Source: Hypanus sabinus
Taxonomy: Eukaryota
DNA: 64,000 bases
Assembly (NCBI RefSeq): GCF_030144855.1
Contig: NC_082726.1
Span: 15,066,001-15,130,000, forward strand
Reading direction: 5' to 3'
Each line of letters starts with the position of its first letter. Position 1 is the first letter of the stretch. Shown in pieces: positions 35,694 to 47,420 of the stretch. Position numbers and translations under genes: made by a program. The notes under the pieces are model-generated. The model worked only from the letters and a program-made list of their open reading frames with translations. It had not been told where the DNA came from and searched no databases.

Positions 35694-36524
35694 GTTTGAC
35701 AGCGTTGTTTTGTTTTGATTGTAACTTAAATTGTATTTTCACTCCATACACAAGTGAGTACACACAGTAAATCATGGACAGAATTAAACTTGAATGATGT
35801 ACGTGCTTTTCAATGCTAGGGTCCAGTCTTACTTTCCCAATGTCATGCTGATAATGAAGTTACTCTGAAATCATTTAGTTGGCTTCACTAGATTTTTGAA
35901 ATGTTCTTTGAGTTTCCACAATTGTAATTTGCAAACAGCTACTTTAGATATCACTCACAGTAAGTCTATAGATAGACTTCCAAATAACTGAGGCGTGCTA
36001 ATTAAACTAAAATTGACAAGGAAAATATAACGTGCAGAGGAAACACTTGATAAATGCTGTGCTGCTAACTTAACCAAATTAAAAGAAGTTTTTTTTTACC
36101 TTTTTGTAGTTCAAGTGCTTTGTGAATCTATTGAGGGCAAGATTGAAATTAGATGCTTATTGAATAGCATTCCATTTTTTCCTTTCTTTTGGTGGATTCT
36201 TGCAGTTCATTCCTTATTGAACTAGCTATTTTTGCTCTTTGTTTAAGATTCATGCGTTTCGACTGGTCTGTCTTTACCAGAAGACATATTTGCCCTGTTA
36301 TCAATATCTTACCCTTGCGATATGTTTTTGAAAAACGGTAACTCATTCACCATAGCTGTGCACTAGTATTCTCCAGTGGTCTGGGTAATTATTATTTGAA
36401 TGGAGTCCCCTTCCCACAATGTGGCTGAGAGTTCCATCAGTGAGGACCCCTACAGTTTTATGCTTAAAGGTCCCTATGAAATGTGCGGAATCATTTCCTG
36501 CTGATGGTGCTTTTTTAATCCCAT

Positions 36525-36970
36525 GTCCAATGGTTCAATTTAGTATCAGAGAATTTATACATATACACATTTGAAATTCTCACTCTCTGCAGACATCCTT
36601 GAAACAGAAAAGTAGACCCCTAAGAATGAATGACAGAAAATTTTGAGAACCTCAAGCCCCCTACCCTCCCACACACAAGCTGCAGCAAGCAGCGTCAACC
36701 CTCCCCTCACTTATTCCAGCATAAAGCATCAGTATTCCCACCATGCAGGCAGAAAAGAGAAACCAGGGTCTGTAGTACATTCAAAACTAACTGTTCACCC
36801 CAACATTTTGACATCCTACAGTCTCTCTCCCTCTCACTAACAAGGGAGAGATAGATATCATTCCTTCCATAGCGAGAGGAGAGACAAATAGTCGTGGTTT
36901 CATGGCACAGTCAATCCAAAGTATTTTTTATTTTGAGTTTCCTAACTCGAGAAATGACAGCAAGCTCTCA
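36525..36970 (-). mobile_element. Diverged antisense relative of the 23113-23930 element
   Basis: aagaatgaatgacag and atagcgagaggagagaca blocks are reverse complements of blocks in 23540-23930. Confidence 0.6.
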
Positions 36971-38282
36971 CTCACCATCGAGAGAGAGAGAATGATTGAT
37001 CATTCTCACGAAGTACAGAGTGCTGTCTTCAATGTTCTGGCTCCCTCTTTGCTTATCTTTGTGACGCTGGTGAGGATTCATGTCCACAAGGCCACACCCA
37101 AAAGGCATCTGACTTCAGGGCAAACTGGACATATCGAAAACGCCACTGAGTGGCGAGTTCCAAAATTGTAACGCACCTCCATGCAGAACAGCATCTAACC
37201 TTAATTTAATTCCTATCTTTATAAATAACATGAGTTTTATGTAATTTTTAAAAAAACTGATAACTCATTTTAATATGCCAAAATGTGTGCTTTACACTAA
37301 TCTGCTTGTGAAAATCTTAATCATCAAGTGACAGTACCTGCCTCTTTGCATGTATATTATTGTATCACTTAGGATAATTTCCTAACAATCTGATAATGTG
37401 AAATCATTCCTCGAGTTTGGTGCAAAATTGCCTTGCATGTTCTTTCTCTGAATTAAATTTCAGCTGAGACCCCATTAACCAGTTTTGTAATTATGGATAT
37501 GGGAGTTTATCATGGAAAAAACAAAAATGAAGACAGGAAAGGGTCTTGTCCTATTTACTCCAAGAGCTCACAGCTTTAGAGACCTTTGTTCAATCCTGAT
37601 CTGAGGCTGTCTGTTGAATTTGCATGTTCTCCCTGTATGGGACTGCATTGGTTTATACTAGGTGCTCCATTGTTCTCCTGTAACAAGGGCTGCGAATATA
37701 TCAGCTTTCAAAGATGCATATACTTGTAATTTTTTTCTCTGTTTATCCTAGCCATTATTTCAATCAACTCTTGTAGCTGCAACAAGGTTTCATCCTCCTC
37801 ATTTGTGAACAGTCAGATTCTTTTCCTTGGTTAATGTGCTCTTTGTTTATATATATGTATATATAGCATCTACACAATTTATGGGTTTTTATCATTCCTC
37901 CATTAGTTCCTATTTAGGCTTTCTATCACACTTGAACATTTTCTGTTGTTTTAAGCACTTGGTATGATGAAAACTTATCTTATTATAACTTCTCTTGTCT
38001 CTGTGTACTTTGTCAAAGAAGGGCCTCGAGATTTGGTGAGAATACACTTTGTGAGAATATTTTTACCATTAATCCCTTGAATTTCCTTTCTGAAGGTCTC
38101 CCAACAGCTTTCTTTAAAGTGGCTGTTTTCTGTCCTCTTCTCCCTTATCAGTCTATTAAAATTGGCCTGACACTATGTAGGATCTATTTTACCTGTCCTT
38201 CCTGTAGCTCTACCAAATCTAACTGACTTATCACTGTGCAAAAACAACGTATTTTGAGGCACCTTCCAACTGCCTAGCTTAG

Positions 38283-39450
38283 ACCATAAGACATAGGAGC
38301 AGAATTAGGCCATTCAGCCCATTGAGTCTGCTCTGCCTTTCCATCATGGCTTATTCCAGATCCCATTCAACCCCGTACATCTGCCTACTCAGCATATCCT
38401 TTGACACCCTGTCCGATCAGGAAATGATCAACTTCCACCCTAAATATACCGATGGACTTGACCTCCAACGCAATCTATAACGGAGCATTCCACAGATTCA
38501 CCACTCTAGCTAAAAAAATTCTTTACTTCTGTTCTAAAAGTTCACCCCCAAGCTTTGCCCTCTGGTTCTGGATACCCCCACCATAGGAAACATCCTCTCC
38601 ACAACCACTTTATCTAGTCCTTTCAACATCTGGTAAGTTTCAACGAGATTCCCCCGCATTCTTCTAAATTCCAGTGAGTACAGGCCCAAAGCTGCCAAAC
38701 ACGCCTCATAAGTTAACCCCTTCATTCCCAGAATCATCCTGGGGAACCTCTTCTGGACTCTCTCAATGACAGCACATCCTTTCTGAGATACGGAGCCCAA
38801 AACTGTCGACAGTACTCCAAGTGCAGTCTGACTAGTGTCTTATAAAGTGTCAGCATTATCTTCTTGCTTTTATATTCTATTCCCCTTGAAATAAATGTCA
38901 ACATTGCATTTGCTTTCTTATTAAACCACAGATTCAACCTGTAAATTAACCTTCTGGGAGTCTTGCACTAGGACTCCTAAGTCCCTCTGCACCTTTGATG
39001 TTTGAACCTTCTCCCTATTTAGATAATAGTCCACACTATTGTTTCTTTTACCAAAATTCATTATCATACATTTCCCAACACTGTATTCCATCTGTCACTT
39101 TTTGCCCATTCTTCCAGCTTAAGTCCTGCAATCGCATTGCTTCCTCAGCACTACCTACCCTTCCGCCTATCTTCATGTCATCCGCAAAATTTGCAACAAA
39201 GCCATCAATTCTATTATCCAAATCATTGACAATCAATCTGAAAAGTGGCGGTCCCAATACTGACCCCTGAGGAACACCCCTAGTCATTGGAGGCCAACAT
39301 GAGAAGGTCCCCTTTATTCCCTCTCGCTGCCTCCTGCCTGTCAGCCATTCCTCTGTCCACACTAGTGTCTCTTCTTATGTGTGGCCACTCATCAAATGTC
39401 TTCTGGAATCCAAGTAAATGACATTCATTGTGTCTTCTCTGTCCACCCTG
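38283..39450 (-). mobile_element. CR1 LINE, RT plus 3' end
   Basis: GVPQGSVLGPPLF, NFADDMK, LVRLHLEYCRQFWAPYLRKD on the minus strand; tail seen on + as accataagacata. Confidence 0.92.
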
Positions 39451-40681
39451 CTTGTTATTTCCTGGAATTAAGTGTTTCTTGAAAAGTCATGACCATTGCA
39501 TTCATTACCTCTTCAGCAACCTCTCTCAGGACTCTGGGATGTAATCCATCTGTCCAGGTGACTTGTGCACCTTAAGACCTTTGAGTTTGCTGAGCACTTT
39601 CCCTTTGTAATAGCAATAGCACTCACTCCTCTCCCTGACACTCACAAACCTCTGGCACACTCCTCGTGCTTTCCTACAGTGAAAATTGATGAAAAGTACC
39701 CATTAAATTCTGACACTATTTAAACATTCTTTGGCAATAGTGACCTGTCCCAATTAAGTGGCATAGTGTCCCAAATAAACAAAGAGAATCCCAGCTATTT
39801 TCTTGATCAGTTTTAGTTCTTTAAGAGTTGTCTCAAATAAGCAGCTGTCCCAGTTAACCAATAGCCTAATTAACTGAAATCCACTGTCTATACAATTATG
39901 AAAAGCATATAGTAGATAATAAGAGTGTAAAGAGCGGAAAATTGAAAGTAAATTTGCTAAGTGTGTTCTTTCACATAGACTGGAACTCACTGCCCGAGAA
40001 GATATGATAACAATGTTTATAAGCCATTTATAGACACTTACGCAGGCGGGGAATAAAGGGTTACAGACCACGTAAAGACAGATAGAATCGGGCAAATTTG
40101 GCATCATAGATGATGCAGACATAGTGAGCCAAGGGGCCTGTTTAATGTTTCTGACCTCAGGTGTTGACCAATTAAAAAGACTAATGTAATTAGGTAAAAT
40201 AGAAATGTCATATTTTAACATGACACTTAGAGATGCAAGTTTCATTGTTATTGTATTCCTGTGGTATGCTATGTAGTTTATTGTTAGCATAATAACTAAG
40301 CAAAAAAAACATAACAGGTGTTCTCTTGTGCTGCTTTCTCTGACTCAGAAAATAAGTGCTGTTGCCCGTTGTAAGTGGTCATGGCTTCAGATTTTTAGAA
40401 CCAGAAAATCTGTACAGTACTGAACGAGCGCTGTATTGTCAGGAGTACCATCTTCAGGATTGGTAAATGACTCCTACCTGTTTTCTCAAATGAGAAATTT
40501 TAATTTTAAAATGCGTAATTTTAAAATGAGCAAGGCAGTTTCAGCGAAGTTACGTTGTGAAAATTGTCTGTAATGCTTAAGACATTAAAACAGATAAGCC
40601 ATTTTTATTGGCAGTAATTCTTTTTTGGGATATCTTTAGACTGTGAAAATTGTTCATATAAATTCTTGTTCTTTTTTGAAG

Positions 40682-40804
40682 TAATTGACAGCAGTGCTCC
40701 TCTTAATGTATCACTTGGTCCTAAAAAATGGGTTGAGGACAATTACTGGGAACTTCAGCCAGTGCAGCAAACACAGGCTGCTGCAGCTACAGAACAATTT
40801 TATG
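40682..40804 (+). CDS. LRRC61: LRRC61 coding exon 8
   Basis: ttttttgaag / GTAAGA, 123 nt in frame. Encodes VIDSSAPLNVSLGPKKWVEDNYWELQPVQQTQAAAATEQFY (human WVEPGYWE...QF). Confidence 0.85.
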
Positions 40805-40934
40805 GTAAGAGCTCTCTTGACTTCAGTAATTTGAACTTGTAACAATTGATTAAGGTTTAAGTAGAAATTATTTTTTCAAACCATTTATTTTGAAAATGAA
40901 TGATTCTTATTGCTACTCTTTTCTTAATACTTAG

Positions 40935-41020
40935 GACTTTTGAATGCATGCAGAAAGCTCAACAGTAAGGCTGCTGATGTCATTACAAAAACCGAAAGGA
41001 CGCTAAGGACAATGAATTAA
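40935..41020 (+). CDS. LRRC61: LRRC61 coding exon 9 (terminal)
   Basis: cttag acceptor. Encodes GLLNACRKLNSKAADVITKTERTLRTMN, stop TAA at 41018-41020. Summed CDS is 756 nt with no frameshift. Confidence 0.85.
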
Positions 41021-41413
41021 GCAAATACCTATGGCAGTATCAGCAATTACTTCAAGAAACTCGAGCAATTCTGAAAGAGGCCACAGATTCATACTGACAC
41101 ATCACCTAAATCATTTCTTTATTATGAAGTTGTTATTGAAACTAAAGGAAGGTTCAGATCCTTCTACTATAGGTTGTTTTCTATATGCTTCTATACAGGT
41201 GGAATATATGCCACCCAAAGTTGTGAAAACAAAATCAGTAAAGATGCATAACGTCCTGAATTGAACTGGGTTTTACCACCTCAATTCCAACAGACAGATT
41301 TGCCTGGTGGTCAATTTTTATGCCTTCTAAATGAACTTGTGCACTGTTAAATGTGCCTTCTTCAAGGCACTGACTACTGTATTACACTATACTTCTGTAA
41401 GCAAGATTTGTGA

Positions 41414-41419
41414 AATAAA
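41414..41419 (+). terminator. Candidate polyadenylation signal of LRRC61
   Basis: AATAAA about 390 nt after the stop codon, followed by a GT/T-rich stretch near 41465-41485. Confidence 0.55.
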
Positions 41420-42879
41420 CTATTTATTCATACATATTTGTGACCAAGCAAATAGTGATTTATAGCTGTTGTCTGTGGTGTTGTATTCCAAAATACTAAT
41501 CCCACAGTGAGCAATATATTCACAAAAGATGCAATCTTAAGCTATTTAAATGCTTCCTGAAGAGTGCTACAGAAATCATATTCCACAATGCAACTGCAAA
41601 TCATGGCTTACTAAAAATTCTGATTATAGTCAGAAGACAGGAGAGGTTTACCAGAGAGGCACATAGCGTTATCAGTTTGGTTGATGACCTTTCGTTAGAA
41701 CTATTATTAATATCATATAAAATCAGATAGAATTGATTTGTTTTGGTTCAACTTGTATCTGAAGTGATAAAGCTCTGATAGCTTCCAACTATCATGTTAT
41801 CGCCAAAGAGTATAGCTTCTGCGTCTTTTCAACTTCCAAATTATGATTCTTGGTCATTCTTGGGAGCTAACCACAATTTGCCTGATGTGTGGTGAAACTT
41901 GCTAAGCTGTTGACGAGGTGCTTGATAAAATGGGTGAATGCCACTGCTTGGCTTTAGGTGTTAAATACAAGCTTCTAAAATCCAGTCTTTGAAAGCAGTA
42001 AAACATCAGAACAATCAGAAGGGCAAGCAATAAGTAGGCTTAATAGAAAGGAAATTTAAACTGCAGAGTAAAGAACACAGAATTTGTATATCTCAGAAAA
42101 AGGCTTTTCTGTCCACCTTATCCATGCCCATGCCTGTGTGTAGTAATTAATCTACCAGTGCCCTTTATTTCCAAGTACCTGTCCAAATGCCTCTTAACTA
42201 TAATTATAAAAGTAACACATACAAAATGCTGGAGGAACTCCGCAGGTTGAGACCCTTCATCAGAACTGAAACATCGTTCCCTCGACTTCCCCTTCTTAAA
42301 GTTCACAATCAATTCCATGGTCTTACTGATGTTGAGTGCAAGATTGTGTTGCAACACCACTCAACTGCTACTTTCTGCAAATTTTTCTTGGATGCAAGAC
42401 AATTGAGAGCTCTGAAGCAGACTGTGCTGTTCAAAGCATGAACAGTGATGCTCAACATTTTATACTTCGTGGCCTGATTAGAAATGAGTAAGCTATTACA
42501 GACCAAAGTGGTTTCATATTCATTAGGTAAAACACTGTTAATTCTACAGTCACTATCATCAGGAACTTAATGCTAAATTAATTATGTTTCAGTTTATTAA
42601 TGATGCAGTAGGTAATTAGAAGTAAATTGAAAAGGAAATCCGGTAGATTCATTGACTGCACAATTAAAGTAATTGGCAAAAGAACTATTCTAGTGATCAA
42701 CAATCCTTTCATAATTTAAAATTAACCTGGAAAACACTGTTTATAAAAGTGACAAAAGGCAATTTTAGAGTGATTTTAAAAAGAGAGCCTGTGAAATTCT
42801 TGGCGACAAGAAATTCGGGGAGCCAGGTAGAAACAGCAAAGGTTTGAGACTAAACTGGGGAATTGCAAAAAGCCTAACA

Positions 42880-43630
42880 CTGTGAATGGCTGTGATGCTT
42901 CACCTCAAAATGAACTCAACACCTTTTATGCAAGCTTTGAGATACAGAATAAAAATGCATGTGTCAATTCCTGCAGCATCTGATGACCTGTGATGTCTCA
43001 GAGGCTGATGTCAGAATATCTTTCAAGAGGGTAAAACCTCACAAGGCCTCAGGCCCCAATAGCATACCTGGTAGGGCTCTGAAAACCTGTGCCAACCAAC
43101 TAGCAAGAGAGTTCAGACATCTTCAGTCTCTCACTGCTGCAGTCAGAGGTTTTCACCTGCTTCAAAAGGGTGACAATCATACCAGTGCCGAAGTAGAGCA
43201 GGGTGAGCTACCCCAATGACTATTACCCAGTTGCACACACATCTACAGTGATGAAGTGTTTTGAGAGATTGGTAATGACTGTTGCCTAATTAAGGACCTG
43301 AACCCACTATAATTTGCTGACAATGGCTGTACTTCATTAGGAGTTTGAGGAGACTTGGTATGTCACCAAAGACTCACAAATTTCTACAGATGTACCCTGG
43401 AGAGCACTCTAACTGGTTGTATCACCAGTATGGCCACAGCACCGGATCTGAAAAGTTTGTAGAAACATGTAAACAGGCAATTCCACCATGGGCACTAGCC
43501 TCCCCAGCATTGAGGACATCTTCAAAAGACAATGACTGAAAATAGCTGCATCCATCATTAAACCCTCCCATCACTCATTGCTACCATCAAGGAGGAGGAG
43601 GAGGTGTTACAGGAGCCCAAAGACACACAG
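42880..43630 (+). mobile_element. Rex1/Babar-type LINE remnant
   Basis: VSEADVRISFKRVKPHKASGPNSIPGRALKTCANQLA; homologous to 22570-23000. Confidence 0.8.
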
Positions 43631-43714
43631 CTGTGAATGGAATGGAGGACAATGTACACTACCTCACTTTTTTTTTCTCTTTTTTGCATATATATTAATA
43701 TAATATTTGACTGG

Positions 43715-43920
43715 CCTGACCATGTGGTGGCATGGTCTCGATAGACCATGGGAGCAGGCCTGGGAGACCAAGCTGCAGTTGTCCAAGGGAAGGGCACCCA
43801 TGCAGCTTGACGTCGCAGAGCAATGTGTTGTTAAGTGCCTTGCTCAAGGACACAAACACGCTGAGGTTCAGCTGAGGCTCGAACCAGTGCCCTTCAGGTT
43901 ACTAGTCTGATGCCTTAGTA
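43715..43920 (-). mobile_element. tRNA-derived CORE-type SINE remnant
   Basis: Minus-strand B-box GGTTCGAGCC (43876-43885) followed by CORE-like TGTGTCCTTGAGCAAGGCACTTAAC. Confidence 0.6.
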
Positions 43921-44199
43921 AGTACTATATAGGAGAGTATTGGGAAATAATGGTTGTTTGGTCCACCTTGGCCATTTTTTTCAAATCCCAAAAATGAGGA
44001 GCTGCATGTCTGAAAATTCTCTTTTTATTGCGGTAAAGATGGGGCTTCGTATGTGCTACAAGAGAGCAAAGAAACTTGCATTGTTCCCGTACAACTCTCA
44101 TGTACATACTCCTGTGACTCTCTTTCAGGTTTCAATACTGTCCTGGGATACTTACACCTGAGATAGCATTCAGGAAGATGTATCACTTTCTCAGTGTTA

Positions 44200-44767
44200 C
44201 ACGTGCAACAGCCTGACACCGAAGCGGGACCAATTCAAGACCCTCCGACTGCGGCCAGTTATGTGAAGAGCCTGCGTACAATTGGCTGCTTCGGACTCTG
44301 AATCAGAAGCTCCAAGAGGTGGCAATGACATCTGGCGCATTCGCGTGGACTTAGCTTGCAACTAAGCCAACCTGACCATATATCCGATCGTATCCCGGTC
44401 GGTGGGAGGGTGGGACTTTCCCCGCTGCGGGTATCTGATTGGCAGGCTTCTCGTCCTATGGCAGGAGGACTGAACATTGATTTACCAGAGCCAGCCCGTG
44501 ATTGCGGGGATTACCTTGACAGGTCGGGTTTTGGGCCGCCCGGAGCCTATGATTGACATGGACCGGTTCGAATGAAGAGGGGAGGGGGGAGGAAGGAGGA
44601 AAATTGCAGCGTACTTGAGTCTATGATTGGTACGGGCTGGTTCCTATGGTGACAGGATTAGGGGCGGGACTCCAGCTCAGCGGAGCCAGTGATTGGTTGC
44701 GGCCGGGTCCTATGGTGACTGAGAGAGGGGATCACGGAGCTGCTGGTTCGAGCAGTGCAGCGCGAAG
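44200..44767 (+). promoter_or_regulatory. IDH3A CpG island promoter with CCAAT, GC-box, X-box-like and kB motifs
   Basis: TGATTGG at 44436, 44624 and 44690; GGGGCGGGAC at 44661-44670; GGGACTTTCC at 44412-44421; no TATA box seen. Confidence 0.8.
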
Positions 44768-44794
44768 ATGGCGGCTGGTTTGTGGAGGAACACG
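44768..44794 (+). CDS. IDH3A: Isocitrate dehydrogenase [NAD] subunit alpha, mitochondrial; coding exon 1 (MAAGLWRNT)
   Basis: aagATGG Kozak context in a CpG island; 27 nt exon (human MAGPAWISK); donor ACG|GTGAGG. Confidence 0.88.
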
Positions 44795-45894
44795 GTGAGG
44801 GGCGCCGAGGAGATGGACTCCGGGCCCAGTGCTTGGGGTTGGGGCTGTTTCGTGCCTTGGCACCCGTTATGGAGCACCTCCGAGAGGCGAGGCTGCAACA
44901 TGTTTGCCTCTGACGCCCGGATGCTCGAGCCATGGGCGCGGAGAGGGCGGAAGGGGAGCCGCCGACGTGGGCGGGCATTTGGCATCGGGCCAGGGGTGAA
45001 TCAGCGGGAGGGTCATTTAAAGGGTAGTAGGTTCTGGGTGCACGAGACGATGGCATGGAGAATGGTGTCCATCCCGAACCCCTATGGATGTTTGTTGTGT
45101 TCCCAAGTGGGCATGGACTGGAAGGAGCTGGATGCTGGAGGGCAGGGGGAAGCTGCTGAGGCCCTGAACTGTGGGTAGGTCAATAAAGAAAGTGGATAGG
45201 AAGGACAATGAGGGTAATCGAGGAGGAGCTGATGGAAGGGGGAGAGGGCTGCCATCTTTGGGTGTGGGGGAAGATCTTGGGAACCTATAGCGTGGGTTAG
45301 TTGGGGTGTCCAGGGCATTAGGAAGCGAGGCTCTTAAGGGTGATGGGACCCTGGAATGGTTGGTTTGGGTAGAGCAGGTGTGGGGTGACAGGAGGAGGAT
45401 GGAAGGCAAGTTGAAGGACCTTATGGCGCAGATTATGGTTGCTGAAGCATTTCACATTGTTATCCTGTAGTTCCAGTAAATTGAGTTCAATAATGTTATT
45501 GGCTGCTGTCTTGTGTGAACTTTGTGTTCTCCCTGTGGCTGTAGCTTTCCTCTAGTGCCTCAGTTTTCTCTGTGCCCAAGTAGGTTAATGACAACTGTGA
45601 ATGGTTCCTCTTTTTTGTGGACAATGTTGTGGAAGTTGATGACTATGTCAGAGAGTGTAGGTCATGGTAATAAGTGGGGTAATGGGAATGCTCCGGTCGC
45701 TAACATTGGTTTGATGGGCCACATTAAATCGATCATGAAAGACATATTACAAGATAGGGGTGTAATAAGTGCAAGTTGGGCCTGGGGTTGAGGGATTGTC
45801 CAGAGTGAGATGGTGGAATTCAGGGGATAATGGAGTTAGATGAAGATGAAGTTAGATGAAGTCGCAGTGGCATTTTTCCTGTTTTGTCTTTCAG

Positions 45895-45954
45895 GTTTCC
45901 CGTGTAATGGGAGCAGTAAAGAGTCACCAACCAGTCGCCAGGACCTTGTCTGAT
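45895..45954 (+). CDS. IDH3A: IDH3A coding exon 2 (transit peptide)
   Basis: Long pyrimidine tract + cag acceptor; GTTAGT donor. Encodes VSRVMGAVKSHQPVARTLSD (human [21 protein letters not shown]). Confidence 0.85.
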
Positions 45955-46549
45955 GTTAGTATTTCAGCCTTTTTCAGGGTCGTTGTGACCTTTGCCTAAA
46001 TGTGCCTATAATTCTGTTAATCTGACTTTGTTGTGTGAGATATTCTCTTTAATACTGTTTATTCATTATCATATAACTGTAACTTTGTATTAATGCACAG
46101 CATGGTCCAGGTTCTGCTGTGCCTTCTGTGCATAATAGAAAGACAATTCAAGTGTTTCAGAACACTGCAGCATTTTGTCTCGTATGTACATTCATTGCAG
46201 AAAAAGAAAATCAATTATTTCCAGCGTGTGGTTTTAATGTCCTCATGAAGGTTTTCTGACTTAGAACATTTTAACTATTTTTTAATTTATTTCTTATTAT
46301 ACTGCCTAAGCTGCTGAATGTTGTTGACATTTTATGTTTCTGCATGCTGAGCATTGTGTTTGTATTTGTTCTTTGAATCAGTGTCCTTGAGAAGGTGTGT
46401 ATCAGAATCGATATTAAGGAAACTAACATCCAACGAACTGGTATTTCTAGATCTGCCATCACATCTGAAGAACTATAGTGAAGTCAAGAAGCATTTCTTA
46501 AGGGTGTTGAGGCTTAGAAATCTTTACTAAATCTAACCTCAGATCAAAG

Positions 46550-46865
46550 GTGGAGATGTGTCTGCACCAAAGGAGGTGTAAGGTGTTCCTTCGGCAAGGT
46601 GTAGCAGCACCTGCTTAGCCCCCCTGATCAGGGTCGAGTGAAGCCATGGGAGCAGGTGGTGAATTGTCATATGAGCAATTGGTGTATATCACAAGTCCTC
46701 ATTATGCAACCACCAGCACTAGGCAGATAATCTCTGAAGAGTATTGATAATGGCTAGGGTCACCTATCTTGTAAAGTCACTCCCCAGAAGAAAGCAATGG
46801 CAAACCACTTCTGTACAAAAAATTGCCCGTAACAATTGCGGTCAAGACCATGATCACCCATCACC
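46550..46865 (+). mobile_element. RTE-associated SINE-like repeat, copy 2
   Basis: Homologous to 4268-4615. Confidence 0.6.
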
Positions 46866-47086
46866 CAAAGGTTATACTTTGTATGCACAGCATAGGTCAG
46901 GCTCTGCTGTGCCTTGTCTACATAATAGAAAGACAATTCAAGTGTTTCAGAATAGTGCAGGATTTTGTCTTGCAAGTATATTTGTTGCAGAAAATAAAAA
47001 TCATTGATTTCCAGCATCAAAGAAATAACTTTTTCTGGTATCCTGAACTGCTGTCAGGATGTGATCAAACAGTGGAAAAGCTGAAG

Positions 47087-47420
47087 ATCATAAGGCCAGA
47101 AGATATAGGAGCAGAATTAGCTATTTGGCCTGTTGAGTCTGATCCACTATTCTAACATGGGTGATTTTCTTTTTCAGTCCCATCCTCCTGTTTTCTCCCT
47201 GTAACCCTTCACCTCCTTACCAATTAAGAAATGATCAGTTCTGCTTTAAATACACCTTCTGTGGCAATGCATTCTGCAGATTTACCAACTTCGGGCTGAA
47301 GAAATTCCTCTGGATTTCAGTTCTAATGTGATGACCCCTTATTCTGAGGCTGTCCCCATGGATCCTAGATTTCCCACTGATGGAAATATTCTCTCCATGT
47401 CCACTCTATTTCAGGTCTTT
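47087..47420 (-). mobile_element. CR1 LINE 3' terminal fragment
   Basis: cataaggccagaagatataggagcagaattag... is the same antisense tail as at 38283. Confidence 0.75.

Noticed and set aside
40690-40694. Alternative CAG acceptors for LRRC61 exon 8
   Set aside because: They would shift the frame. The AAG acceptor ending at 40681 has the pyrimidine tract and keeps the WVExxYWE frame.
43850-43920. tRNA gene
   Set aside because: A B-box is present but no complete cloverleaf, and a CORE-like domain follows, so it is a SINE head.
44768-45178. 136-aa ORF starting at the IDH3A ATG
   Set aside because: Read-through of exon 1 into a GC-rich intron; the donor at 44795 splices in frame to exon 2.
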